Below, one piece after another: positions 47,108-57,704 of a stretch of DNA of 64,000 bases. Made by a program: the position numbers and the translations under genes. Numbering within the stretch: position 1 is the stretch's first letter; every line of letters begins with the position of its first letter. The stretch comes from Candidatus Latescibacterota bacterium (GTDB lineage Bacteria > Latescibacterota > UBA2968 > UBA8231). The stretch covers positions 512,001-576,000 of the forward strand of contig CBDETY010000003.1 of assembly GCA_965243025.1 (NCBI GenBank), in the 5' to 3' direction. Under the pieces are notes generated by a model that was given only the letters and a program-made list of their open reading frames with translations, had not been told where the DNA came from and searched no databases.

Positions 47108-47905
47108 CTATCGCTCGGTCCCAACCTTCCGGGCTCGCAGCAGGCAGTCGTCGCTCAGGGGCTCGATCGGCCGGAAGTCGCGGTGGGCGATCCACTCCGG
47201 GCGCTTGAACCGGCGGATGTGGTTGTCGACGCGGCACAGGCTGAGATAGACGATAACCCGGCCCCAGGGGCTGATGTTCGGAGGCGAGGCGTGCACGATG
47301 TTCGAGTGGAACATCAGGACCGCCCCCGGCTTCCCCTTGGGCGCGGCGATCCCCCCTTCGTCCGCCAGGCGGGCAACCGTATCCCCGTCGAGGGTCCACA
47401 ACGGGTACGAGGTCGTCAGGGTATCGTGGCCCGCCTCGATTACCCCCTGCCTGTGGCTGCGCGGGATGATGTACAGAGGCCCGTTGAACTCGCTCACCTC
47501 GTCGAGGAAGAGGGCTGTGTTCATCGCCCTGGCTTCCGGCATCCCGTCGTCACGCGCCCAGGTTCCGTAGTCCTGGTGCCACTGCCAGACATCGCCGCTG
47601 AAGGCGGCCTTGCCGTTGATCTTGTACTGGTGCATGTATACCGGCCCGTCGAGGAGCTGCATAACCGGGCCGATCAGGCGCGGATGGCGCCCGAGTCGGG
47701 CGAAGGCATCGTTGTAGGTATGGGCGGCGAACGCCGTGCGCACCGCCTCGCCGTCCTTCTCGCGCCAGACTTCCTCCCGTTGCATGGCGAAAATCACCGG
47801 CAGCTCGGCTTTCAGGACGCCGACCTCCTCGGAGGTGAAGAGATCGGGAAGGAACAGCCAGCCTTCCGTGTCGAACTGGCGCAGCTGGTCTTCGTTCAAT
47901 CTCAT
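47108..47905 (-). CDS. PhyH family hydroxylase, EctD/proline-hydroxylase-like
   Basis: YMHQYKINGK, WQWHQDYGTWARDDGMP (resembles but does not match the EctD signature), NGPLYIIPRSH, VHASPPNISPWGR. Confidence 0.85.
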   Translation of the reverse strand: MRLNEDQLRQFDTEGWLFLPDLFTSEEVGVLKAELPVIFAMQREEVWREKDGEAVRTAFAAHTYNDAFARLGRHPRLIGPVMQLLDGPVYMHQYKINGKAAFSGDVWQWHQDYGTWARDDGMPEARAMNTALFLDEVSEFNGPLYIIPRSHRQGVIEAGHDTLTTSYPLWTLDGDTVARLADEGGIAAPKGKPGAVLMFHSNIVHASPPNISPWGRVIVYLSLCRVDNHIRRFKRPEWIAHRDFRPIEPLSDDCLLRARKVGTER

Positions 47906-50178
47906 CGGAAGGCGAATCTCCTTTTTTCGAGAAGGACAGGCTCGGCCGCATCCTCCACGATCTTCAGGAAGCGGTTGACTTCAATTTGCGAGAAGCTCTG
48001 CCGGGTGCCCGAAGGCCAGGCGATCTCCAGGCGCTCGACCACCTCCGCCGATCCCAGCCCGATCTCCTGTTGCAGGCTGGAAGAGCCGAAGCTTCCTCCC
48101 GTCCCCGCGGTGAGGCAGATGCGCCGCGGCCGGCCGTGCTCGCGGACGTGCGCGGTGATGACGGCGCCGATGCCGTCCCGGTTCGAGCGCACTCCTTCGA
48201 GCTGCAGGGTGAGCCAGCTGTTGCCGTGTCCCGGGTTCTCGAACAGGACGTCCTGGTACACGTCCCCGGAGAAGGCGCCCCCGATCACCTGGTAGATGTC
48301 CTGGTCGCCGTCGTTGTCGATGTCGCCGAAGGAAACGGCGTGGCCCTTTTGCAGGTGGCCGAAGCCCCCCGACGTGGTTACGTCCTCGAAGAAGGCGCCA
48401 CCGGCGTTGCGGAACATGCGGTTGGGCAGCAGCGCCCGCATCTGCGGGTGGCCGGTGCCGATGTAGCAGTCGAGGAATCCATCGTTGTCGAGGTCGCCGA
48501 AGTTGGCTCCCATCGCGGCGATGGCGCGGTGCATGCCGGCTGCCCGCGTCGCGTCGGTGAAGGTTCCGTTCCCCTCGTTGCGATAGAGCCGCGGGCGGTC
48601 GATGACGCTCGGATTGTCGAAGTAGAGGTCGACGATGTCCGCGGCGCTCTCGAACTCGAAGGCTGCGGCGAAGAGATCGAGCCATCCGTCGTTGTCGTAG
48701 TCCCAGAACCAGGTGGGAAAGCTGGCCTGCGGGCCGGCGACTCCCGCCGCGGCGGTGACGTCGACGAACTCGGGTCCGGCCGTTGTGCCGCCATCCGTCC
48801 ATTCCCCAAGGTTGTTCCGAAAAAGGACGTTGTCCGAGTGCAGTATCGAGACGTAGAGATCGAGCAGCCCGTCGTTGTCGTAGTCCCCCCAGGCCACCCC
48901 CTTGACGTACCCCGCGAGATCGACCCCGGCAATCTCGGCGCGGTCGGTGAAGGTGCCGTCCCCGTTGCTGTGGAACAGCTGATTCGGATGCAGGCTGGAA
49001 GGCGCCGTGCCGAAGGCGTACAGGCGCGACTCGTTGCCGACGTAGAGATCGAGCCAGCCGTCGTTGTCGTAGTCTCCCCAGGAGGCCGAGTGGGTGGGGT
49101 GGAAGGAGAGCAGGCCGGAAGACCGGGTCGCGTCGGTGAAGAAACCGCGGGAGTCGTTCTCAAGGAGGCTGTTGGGGTGGAGGCCGTGTTCGTCCAGCCA
49201 TGCCCCGCGCAGCACGAGGACGTCGCGGTCCCCGTCGTTGTCGAAGTCGGCGTGGGTGAGGTTGAGGCCTCCGACCTGTCCGGCCAGCCCGGCCCGCCCG
49301 GTGTGCTCGTCGAAGGTGCCGTCTCCATTGCTGCGGAACAGGCGCAACGGGTCGCGGAGCCCCCAGGATGACGCCATGACGTCGAGAAAGCCGTCGCCGT
49401 CGAAGTCCTCCATGACGCTGCCCCCGGAGAGTCCGGCGGCGGCCAGGCCGCTGTGCGGGGCGACGTCGCGGAACCTGCCGGCGTCGCCGTCGGAGGCGAA
49501 GGTCTCCGGAGGAATCAGCCAGGTATCAGGCACCCCGTGCGGGTGCTCCCCGAGGGTCATGTAGGCCAGGTTGGCGAGCCAGAGGGAGCCGAGATCGTCC
49601 GGGTGGTCGGAGAGGAGACTGCCGAAATGGGAGATCGCGGTGCGCGAACCAAGGGGTCTCGCGTGCACTCCGGCCGCCGCTATCGGAAGAATGCAGGAGG
49701 CGGAGGTGTGCGCAACGAGGCAGTTCTGCTGCTCGCCGAGTCTCAGGTACGAAATTCCCAGCATGTCGAGGAGGAGCCGGCGAGACAGCTTTCGCGACCT
49801 GGGCTCGGACACTTCCCCGGCGCGTCCCCGCAGGCGTTCGAGCTCGGCGATCGCTTCTTCGGTGAGGCCGGCGCGAAGCAGCTCCGCGCTCAGAGCGAGG
49901 CCGGCGGCGATTTCCGCCTCGGGCCCCGCGCCCCCGGCAAGCGAGCCGGCCAGCTGTTGCCGCAGCCCGCGGGCCCGCTCGGCGTTCAGGTACTCGTTCC
50001 CGGCCGGGTCGGCGGTGGAGGCGAGATTTTCGAGCAGGGCCGCCATCTCCAGGTTGGATGCCGGCAGGGGCCTGCCAGGCGCCGGATCTGTTGCCCAGAG
50101 CAGCATCGCCAGGACGGGAAGCAGGTGCCGGAAGATGTCGACGGCAGGGGAAGCGGGGGGATGCGAAGAAGGGTTCAA
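47902..50178 (-). CDS. CRTAC1 family protein (N-terminal TPR-like helices, FG-GAP repeats, ASPIC/UnbV)
   Basis: DFDGDGFLD and DYDNDGWLD repeats, MGANFGDLDNDGFLD, GHLQKGHAVSFGD, SNRDGIGA, GGSFGSS; start uncertain (TTG 50178 or ATG 50106). Confidence 0.85.
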   Translation of the reverse strand: MNPSSHPPASPAVDIFRHLLPVLAMLLWATDPAPGRPLPASNLEMAALLENLASTADPAGNEYLNAERARGLRQQLAGSLAGGAGPEAEIAAGLALSAELLRAGLTEEAIAELERLRGRAGEVSEPRSRKLSRRLLLDMLGISYLRLGEQQNCLVAHTSASCILPIAAAGVHARPLGSRTAISHFGSLLSDHPDDLGSLWLANLAYMTLGEHPHGVPDTWLIPPETFASDGDAGRFRDVAPHSGLAAAGLSGGSVMEDFDGDGFLDVMASSWGLRDPLRLFRSNGDGTFDEHTGRAGLAGQVGGLNLTHADFDNDGDRDVLVLRGAWLDEHGLHPNSLLENDSRGFFTDATRSSGLLSFHPTHSASWGDYDNDGWLDLYVGNESRLYAFGTAPSSLHPNQLFHSNGDGTFTDRAEIAGVDLAGYVKGVAWGDYDNDGLLDLYVSILHSDNVLFRNNLGEWTDGGTTAGPEFVDVTAAAGVAGPQASFPTWFWDYDNDGWLDLFAAAFEFESAADIVDLYFDNPSVIDRPRLYRNEGNGTFTDATRAAGMHRAIAAMGANFGDLDNDGFLDCYIGTGHPQMRALLPNRMFRNAGGAFFEDVTTSGGFGHLQKGHAVSFGDIDNDGDQDIYQVIGGAFSGDVYQDVLFENPGHGNSWLTLQLEGVRSNRDGIGAVITAHVREHGRPRRICLTAGTGGSFGSSSLQQEIGLGSAEVVERLEIAWPSGTRQSFSQIEVNRFLKIVEDAAEPVLLEKRRFAFR

Positions 50179-50344
50179 ACCGGTTGATCGCCCGCGGGAC
50201 ACAGGGTTATGTTGGTGCCGCGCAGCGTAAATCAACGGATACCCCCGAACCGGTGACAACCGGAGCCTGCCTGCCGCCTCTCCGCAAAGGCGGGGAAACA
50301 GCAGCCGTTCCAGGGCAGGCCATTCAGCCCCCGGGCGCAGGAAA

Positions 50345-51234
50345 ATGAGCACGCCAGCGACCTTCGATCTGCACCTCCACAGCTACTGGAGCCACGACGC
50401 CTCCGCGGCTCCGGAGAGCCACCTGCGCCGGGCGCGCGAGCTCGGGGTTCGCTGGATCGCTCTCACCGAGCACTACCACCTCGATTCGCTTCCGGAGCTT
50501 CTCGAGGCCGCGGCAGGCTATCCGGAGGTGACTCCGATCCCCTCGACCGAGCTGACCGTCGACACCTCTATCGGCGAGGTCGACCTCCTCTGCCACGGCT
50601 TCCCGCTTTCGCAATCCCCGGAGCTGCGGGAGCTGCTCGACACCTACAGGGAATGGCGGGTCGAAACGGGCAGGGCCGTCGTCAGGGGCCTGCGCGAGCT
50701 GGGTTGCGACATCGACGAGAACGGCTTCATGGACCTGGCCAGGACCTACCGTCCTGCGGATGTCGTCGACCGGCACGGGCTCACCCAGGTAAAGGGGGAC
50801 GCCCTGCGCCGCTACCTCCTCGAAACCGGCAGGATTGCGGGCGAAGCGGAGTTCGCGGGGTTCCGGGCCAGGGCAAAGGAACTGGGAGCCGCTCCCCCGT
50901 ATCCCACCGCGGCAGAGGTGGTACCCGCGGTCAGAAGACTGGGAGCCGTGGTGTCGATCGCCCACCCCACGACAACTTCGGCCAGGGGGACCGCGGCCGC
51001 ATGGATGCCCTGCGGGAGGAGATCGGTTTCGACGGCATCGAGTGCGCCCACCCGATGGTCCCGCCGGAGTTCACCCCGTTCTACCGGGCTTACTGCGTCG
51101 AGCACGGGCTGGTGTCGACCGGCGGCTCCGATTCCCACACCGAGGCGGACATCGCAGCGGGGTTCGCCGGCCACGCGGGAGCAGACGAGTGGATGGAGGA
51201 GCTGCTCGAGCGCCTGCCCGCCGCCCCGAAGTAA
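50345..51234 (+). pseudogene. PHP-domain metallophosphoesterase, split by a one-base frameshift (real or assembly error)
   Basis: DLHLHS..SHD, LTEH and SIAHP in one frame; FDGIECAHP and TGGSDSH in another; junction at the C-run 50965-50968. Confidence 0.8.
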
Positions 51235-51274
51235 CCGAGCCGTCCCGCGGCCCCGGGCCCGGGAGCGGCGTCCC

Positions 51275-54200
51275 ATGCCGCGGCAGGGGGGCAGCCAGCC
51301 TCCTGTTCGCCGCCGTCCTCTGCCTCCCGCTCCCTGAAGTCTCCGCCGCCGGCCAGGCGGCTCGGCTCGCCGCCGACATGGAATTCCTGATCTCGCACGG
51401 CTCGCGCGCCGTCGGTTACCCGGGCGCCGCCGCGGCCGCCCGCCTGATCGAGAACCGTTTCGGCGACCTGGGTCTGAGCGACGTGCGCCGCCGGGAGTAC
51501 CCGGTGGGTATGCCGATGGACCGCGGCGCCTCCCTCACGGTGGCGGAGAGCGGCCTGTCGGCGCCGCTGCTGTGCATGTGGCCCAACCTGGTGCGCACCT
51601 CCACCCTTCCGCCGGAAGGACTGAGCCTGCCGCTGGTGCACGCCGGCAGCGGGGAGTGGGCTGAGCTCAACGGGAGCGAGCTCGAAGGCCGCGCCGTGCT
51701 CATGGATTTCAACAGCGGCCTCAACTGGCTGCGGCCGGCCTCTCTCGGGGCGGTGGCTGTGATCTTCATCGAGCCGGAGGAGACGACCGCCCGCGAGGCC
51801 CAGCGCAAGTACGCAGTCGCCCCCCTCGATGTTCCCCGCTTCTGGATCGACGCAGGCTCGGGGAAGCGGCTGCGCCGGCGCCTCCAGGAAGGAGGGGAGC
51901 TTGCCGTCACCCTGCGGGGGCGCATGGATTGGGAGATGCGCCCGGCCTGGAACCTGTCGGCGCTCCTGCCGGGCTCCGACCCGGAGCTCTCCGGGGAGAC
52001 GGTGGTGCTGCAGGCCTACTACGACGCCGGCTCGGTGGTTCCGGCCCTGGCCCCGGGAGCGACCGCGGCCTGCGGGACCGCCGCCCTGCTCGAAACGGCG
52101 CGCCATCTCGCCGCGCAGCGTCCTGCCCGCAGCGTCCTCTTTCTCGCCACCTCCGCCCACTACCAGGCGCAGCAGGGGATCGTCGACTTCATCAACCGGC
52201 GCGCCCGCACTCACGACGAGTACTCAGCCCGCTTCGGGGAGCCCCTCGACATCGCCCTTTTCGTCGGCCTCGACCTCTCCGGCGGCAGCGATCAGCTCGG
52301 TATCTGGAACAACCTGCGCGGCGATGAGCTGCGCCGCTTCTTCCTTCCCTACTCCCGCGTCTTCATGGCCCACGGGGAAGCGGCCGCAGGGGAGCAGGGC
52401 CGGAATGCGGAGCGCGCCTTCCTCAACGGCGTCAGTCCGGTCCGCGGCAGGAGCTGGGAGTCCCTCGCGCCGGGGGGAATCAACCCGGACGCCGGATGGG
52501 CTCACGCCGCCGGGGTGCCTGCCCTCACCCTGGCCACGGTCAACGACGGCAGGCCGCTGGAGTCCACCCCCCTCGACCGCGGCGTCGACATCCCCAAACT
52601 CGACCGCCAGGTGGAGCTGCTGAAGAGGGCGCTCGCCGGAGTGCTGGACGATCCCGGGCTGTCGTCCGGGCGCGCCGGCCTTGCAGGGGTGGCCAGGGAC
52701 CGCATGCGGGATCTCATCGTTCAGGCGCGCCAGTATCCCCGGCGCAGCCAGGTACCCGACCGTCCGCTCCCCGGCGCCCTCGTGGTGCTCAATACCTATG
52801 ACAAGCAGGTGACCGGCGTGCACGGGCAGCGGGTGGCAATCGCCGACGGAGACGGCAACGCCGTCTTCAGGGGGATTCCCTCCACCGTGGAGAAGCTGGC
52901 CGCCTTCGAGCTCGACCCTGCATCCGGGGCGATCCTCGCAGCCCCCGACCTGGCCAAGCGCGCCATCAAGCACCACGGAAAACCGCTGCCGGACGGTTGG
53001 CTCCCGGCCGCGGCGGCCCGGTCCGTCAACATCAAGACGGTCGTGCTGTTCAGGACTCGAGGCCGGGAGATCTACTCCCTCATCCGTCCGCGATCGCTCC
53101 TGGGCTACGGCGGGCCGACCGTCATGGACCAGGGAGGCGCGGAGCCGCGGCAGTTCGGGTTCCTGCTCAGCAAGTACCCGGAAGAACCGGCCGGTGTCCT
53201 GTTCGGTCCGGCCCTGAGAGGCGAGGAGAACCGCCTGCGGTTCCTGTTCGGGGGACTGCTGGAACAGCGCCTGCTGCTGCTCAACAGCCAGGGGCACGGC
53301 AGCGAGGAGGAGGCGCGCGGCATCGGCTACTCCATGGGGGAGGAAACCCTGACCCGGCTGACGGAGAAAGCGGCCCGCGACATGTGGCGGCTCGACGAGC
53401 AGAGGCTGGTCAAGCTCCGCGAGCACTCGATCAGCAGCCGGGGTCTCGAGCTTCTGCACAAGGGCGCCGGTGACCGGCTGGAGGAGGCCGCCGCCGCGGC
53501 TGAGGAGCTGCGCTGGGACCGCTACGTCGCCATGGCGCGGGAGGCCCTCGGTCTCGAGGCGCGCGTCTATCCCGAGATCCTCGCGACCCTCAACGACGTG
53601 ATCAAGGGGATGGTCTTCTTCCTGGCCCTGCTGGTTCCCGCCGCCTTCTTCGGCGAGCGCCTGTTCTTCGCCGCCGCCGACATCCGCCGGCAGCTCCTCG
53701 GGCTGGCGCTGCTGGTGCTGCTGATCTGGATGATCATCTCGCAGGTGCACCCCGCCTTCGACATCGCCCATCCGCTGGTGATCGTGCTGGCGTTTCTGAT
53801 CATGACCATGGCGGCCCTGGTCATGTGGATGGTCAGCGCCCGCTTCAACAGGACCGCGGCCGAGTACCGCTCCCGGGTTTCCCAGGTGCACCGGGCGGAT
53901 ATATCGCGGCTCGGGGCGGCGTACGTCGCTTTCATGCTCGGCATCTCGAATATGCGGCGCCGCAAGCTGCGCACGGCGATGACGCTGACCACTCTCACCC
54001 TTCTGACCTTCTCGGTGCTGTCGTTCACCTCTTTCGAGGACCGCATCCGCTTTGTGGCGATGCCGGCCCCTTTCGAAGGGGACCGGGAGGGTCTGCTGAT
54101 TCGCGACCGCAACTGGGGGAAGCTCGGCTACCCCGCCCTGGACTACGCCCGGTCCCACTTCGGCGCGGCTGCGGTCCTGGCCCCGCGCTACTGGCACTCC

Positions 54201-57200
54201 GGCCTCGAGGGAGGGGCCAGCTACGTCGAGGTGCGCCGCGGGGAGAGGGTCGCCCGGGCCCTCGGGATGATCGGGCTCGCCCCGGGGGAGCGCCTGGTTA
54301 CCGGCGTCGACCGCTGCCTCGTCGCCGGCAGCTTCTTCGAGGCGGGGGACGAGGCGAGCTGCCTGCTTCCCGACGAAATGGCGGAGGCGCTCGGCATCTC
54401 CGCGGCGGACGCCGGCTCGGCCCGCGTCCGCGTGTTCGGCCGCGACCTCCTGGTGCGCGGGATCTTCTCGGCCGAGGCACTCGACGGCCTGCGCGACCTC
54501 GACGGCGGCAGCCTGACCCCGATCGACACCCGGGTCGCCGCCTTCGACCCGCTCGACCAGCTGCTGGAGCAAGGGAGAGAGGGTGAGGAGGAAGCCGCGG
54601 TGCTGGAGATGACCGCGGCCCTGCGCCTGCCGGGGGCCAACGTCCTCATCACTCCGCACCGGACGCAGCAGGACTTCGGGGGTGCGCTTTTCTCCGTGGG
54701 CGGGCGCTTCCGCGAAGACGCACGGCCGGTCGAGCTCATCGAGAAGTACCTGCTGCGCGTCGCCGCCTTCATGTACGCCGGCATCGACGACGACGCCGGC
54801 GGCATCTCCGTGTACCGCTACAGCTCGGTCGGGTTGACCTCGGTCCAGGGGCTGGGAGCGCTGGCGATACCGGCGGTGATCGCGGCGATGATCGTCCTCA
54901 ACGCCATGCTCGGGGCGGTGTACGAGCGCTTCCGCGAGATCGGCATCTACTCCTCGGTCGGCCTGGCGCCCGTCCACATCTCCGTGCTCTTCCTCGCCGA
55001 GGCGACGGTGTACGCCATCCTCGGGGTGACCATGGGGTACCTCCTGGGGCAGGGGCTCGGCAAGCTGCTGATCGCCCTCGACATGCTCTCGGGGATCACC
55101 CTCAACTACTCCTCGGTCTCCGCGGTGGTCGCAGCCCTTTCGGTGATGGCGATCGTGCTGCTGTCGACGCTCCACCCGGCGCGGGCCGCGGCCCGGGCGG
55201 CGGTCCCCGAGGCGGTCCGGCGCTGGCGCCCCCCGGACCCGGACGGGGACCGCTGGGACTTCGCGTTTCCGTTCAACGTCAGCGAGTCCGAGGCCGCGGC
55301 GACCTGCGGCTTCCTGCACTCCTTCTTCACCGCCCACGGCGGCGCGGTCGGCGGCAGGATGTACACCGAGAAGGTGGTCCTGCGGCGGCATGAGACCCCG
55401 GACGGGCTGGCGTACCGCATCGGCTTCCGCATGTGGCTGGCGCCGTACGACCTCGGGGTCAGCGAGGAGGTGGGCATCGAGCTGGCCCCTGTCGACGACG
55501 CCCCGGGGATGTACGCGATCGCCATCGAAATCGAGCGCCTCAGCGGCGAGCAGCTGAACTGGCGGCGGCTCAACGGCCCGTTCTTCAACACGCTGCGGCG
55601 GCAGCTCCTGATCTGGAACACCCTGCCCGCCGAAACCCGCTCCGGGCACCGGAGCACCGCGGAGCGGCTGCTGGGAGCCGCGGCCGCAAAGCCGGAGGAT
55701 CCGGCCTCGGCGGAACCGTCGCTCCCGGGCTCAACCCCGGGAGAACGGCCGCGGGAGGGAGGCGGCGAGCAGCGCCCGTCCCCCTTCTCGTGGCGGGCCG
55801 TAGGCATAGGTACCGCCGGCGCCATGGCGGTCGGGGTCGGGGCTCCCTACTGCGTCTTCATGCTCAAGGGGTCGTGGATGGCGATCAACAGCACGGTGCC
55901 GATCGCCCTGTTCTACTTCTTCATCGTCGTCGTCATCGCCAACGTCGTCCTCGGCCTGGCCGCGAGGAGGTGGGAGCTCCGCAAGGCGGACCTGATCCTG
56001 ATCTACGTCATGCTGACCATGGCCGCTGCGGTCCCCAACCAGGCCTTCGTCGGCTACGTCATCCCCTGCATCGCCGGGTTCTTCTACTACGCAACCCCGG
56101 AAAACAAGTGGCTGGACATGTACCTCGCGGACGTCCCGAAGTGGATGGTCCCCGAGGTCCGGGCCGCGGAGCTGCTGCACGAGGGCCTTCCCCCGGGCGA
56201 GCCGGTGCCCTGGCAGGGCTGGGCGGAGCCGCTGACCTGGTGGTACCTCTTCTTCCTCGCCCTGAGCCTGATGATGGTCTGCCTGAACGTGATCCTCCAC
56301 CGCCAGTGGTCGGTTCACGAACGGCTCGAGTACCCGATGGTGCAGGTGCCGCTGCACATGATCGAGCGCTCGCAGGGGGCGTTCGCGCCGCTGGGACCCT
56401 TCTTCAGGAACCACTGGACCTGGATCGGCTTCCTCGTGCCGTTCCTGCTGCTCGGCCTGCACGGCCTGCAGCACTACTACCCGGCGGTTCCCGTCTTCAG
56501 TCCGAGCTTCGGCGCCCTGACCCTGATGGACGGGGCCTTCGTCCTCAAGTTCCACACCAACTACGCCTGGATCGGGATTTCCTACCTCGTCAACCTCGAC
56601 GTCACCATGAGCATCTGGGTCTTCTGGATTCTCGGGGTGTTCCAGAAGGCGCTGTTCGGGAAACTGGGGGTCGCCCCGACCGAGACCCTGAGCTTCTACT
56701 CCCTGCACTCGGCCGACCTCGCCCACCAGGCGACCGGCGCCTGCTGGGTCTTCGTGGTCTGGGGCCTGTGGGTCGCCAGGCGCCACCTGGGGCAGGTGCT
56801 GTCCAACGCCTTCGGCCGCAAGGCGGTCGACGACTCGGAAGAACTGATCTCCTACCGCGCCGCGGTCCTCGGGTTCGCCGCCAGCCTCCTGTTCATCGGC
56901 GCCTGGCTGTGGAAGTCGGGGATCCCGCTGGTGGTGCTGCCGATGTTCCTCGTCTCGGCGCTGATCTTCTACATCCTGGTCACGCGCGTGGTGGCGACCG
57001 CCGGGGTGGCCACGGCGCGCTCGCCGATGATCTCGGCGTTCGTCGTCATCTCCGGCCTCGGCAGCGCCTTCATCGGCACCAAGGGGCTGGTGGCGCTGAC
57101 ATTCACCTACCTTTGGCACTCGGAGATGCGCCTGTTCCCGATGGTCGTGTGCGCCCAGAACCTCAAGCTCGCCGAGACCGTCCGCGGCCCCAAGGGGAGG

Positions 57201-57698
57201 CTGTTCTGGGCGATCTGCATCGCCCTGGTTGTCAGCCTGCTGGCGGCGACCTGGATCATCCTTCACCTGTGCTACACGTACGGGGGCATCAACCTGCACA
57301 CCTTCTTCATGCAGAGTCAGTCGGTTCGCCTGTTCAACGACATGGCGCGCCACATCCAGCACCCGGTCGGCCCCGACCTGCGCGGCTGGGGGTTCACCGG
57401 CGCCGGCGCCGCCATCGAGGCCGGCCTGATCTACGCCCAGAAGCGGTTCTTCTGGTGGCCGCTGCACCCTGTGGGCTTCGTGATCGCCAACGGCTGGCTG
57501 ACCAGCCAGATCTGGTTCGCGGTCTTTCTCGGCTGGCTGGCGAAGCTCGTCATCATCAGGAACGGCGGCATGCAGCTGTTTCTCGCGGCGCGCCCCTTCT
57601 TCATCGGGCTGATCCTCGGGGAGGCGACGGCGGCCGGAACCTGGCTGGTCATCGACTATCTCGCCGGCAGCACCGGCAACCACATCACCCACATGTAG
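51275..57698 (+). CDS. Giant membrane fusion: M28/nicastrin-like ectodomain + two FtsX/MacB-like permease blocks + DUF6785/DUF6784-like multi-TM domain
   Basis: Open frame 51291-57698. Putative ATG 51275 with GGAG RBS is one base out of frame (G6 run). Motifs SRAVGYPG, QAYYD, NMRRRKLRTAMTL, ERFREIGIYSSVG, RQWSVHERLEYPMVQVP, WWPLHPVG. Confidence 0.8.
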
Positions 57699-57704
57699 CT
57701 GCCG

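Noticed and set aside
47108-47905. Calling this gene ectD and the M14 deacylase doeB
   Set aside because: The signature differs from FxWHSDFETWHxEDG(M/L)P and no ectABC or doeA genes are present.
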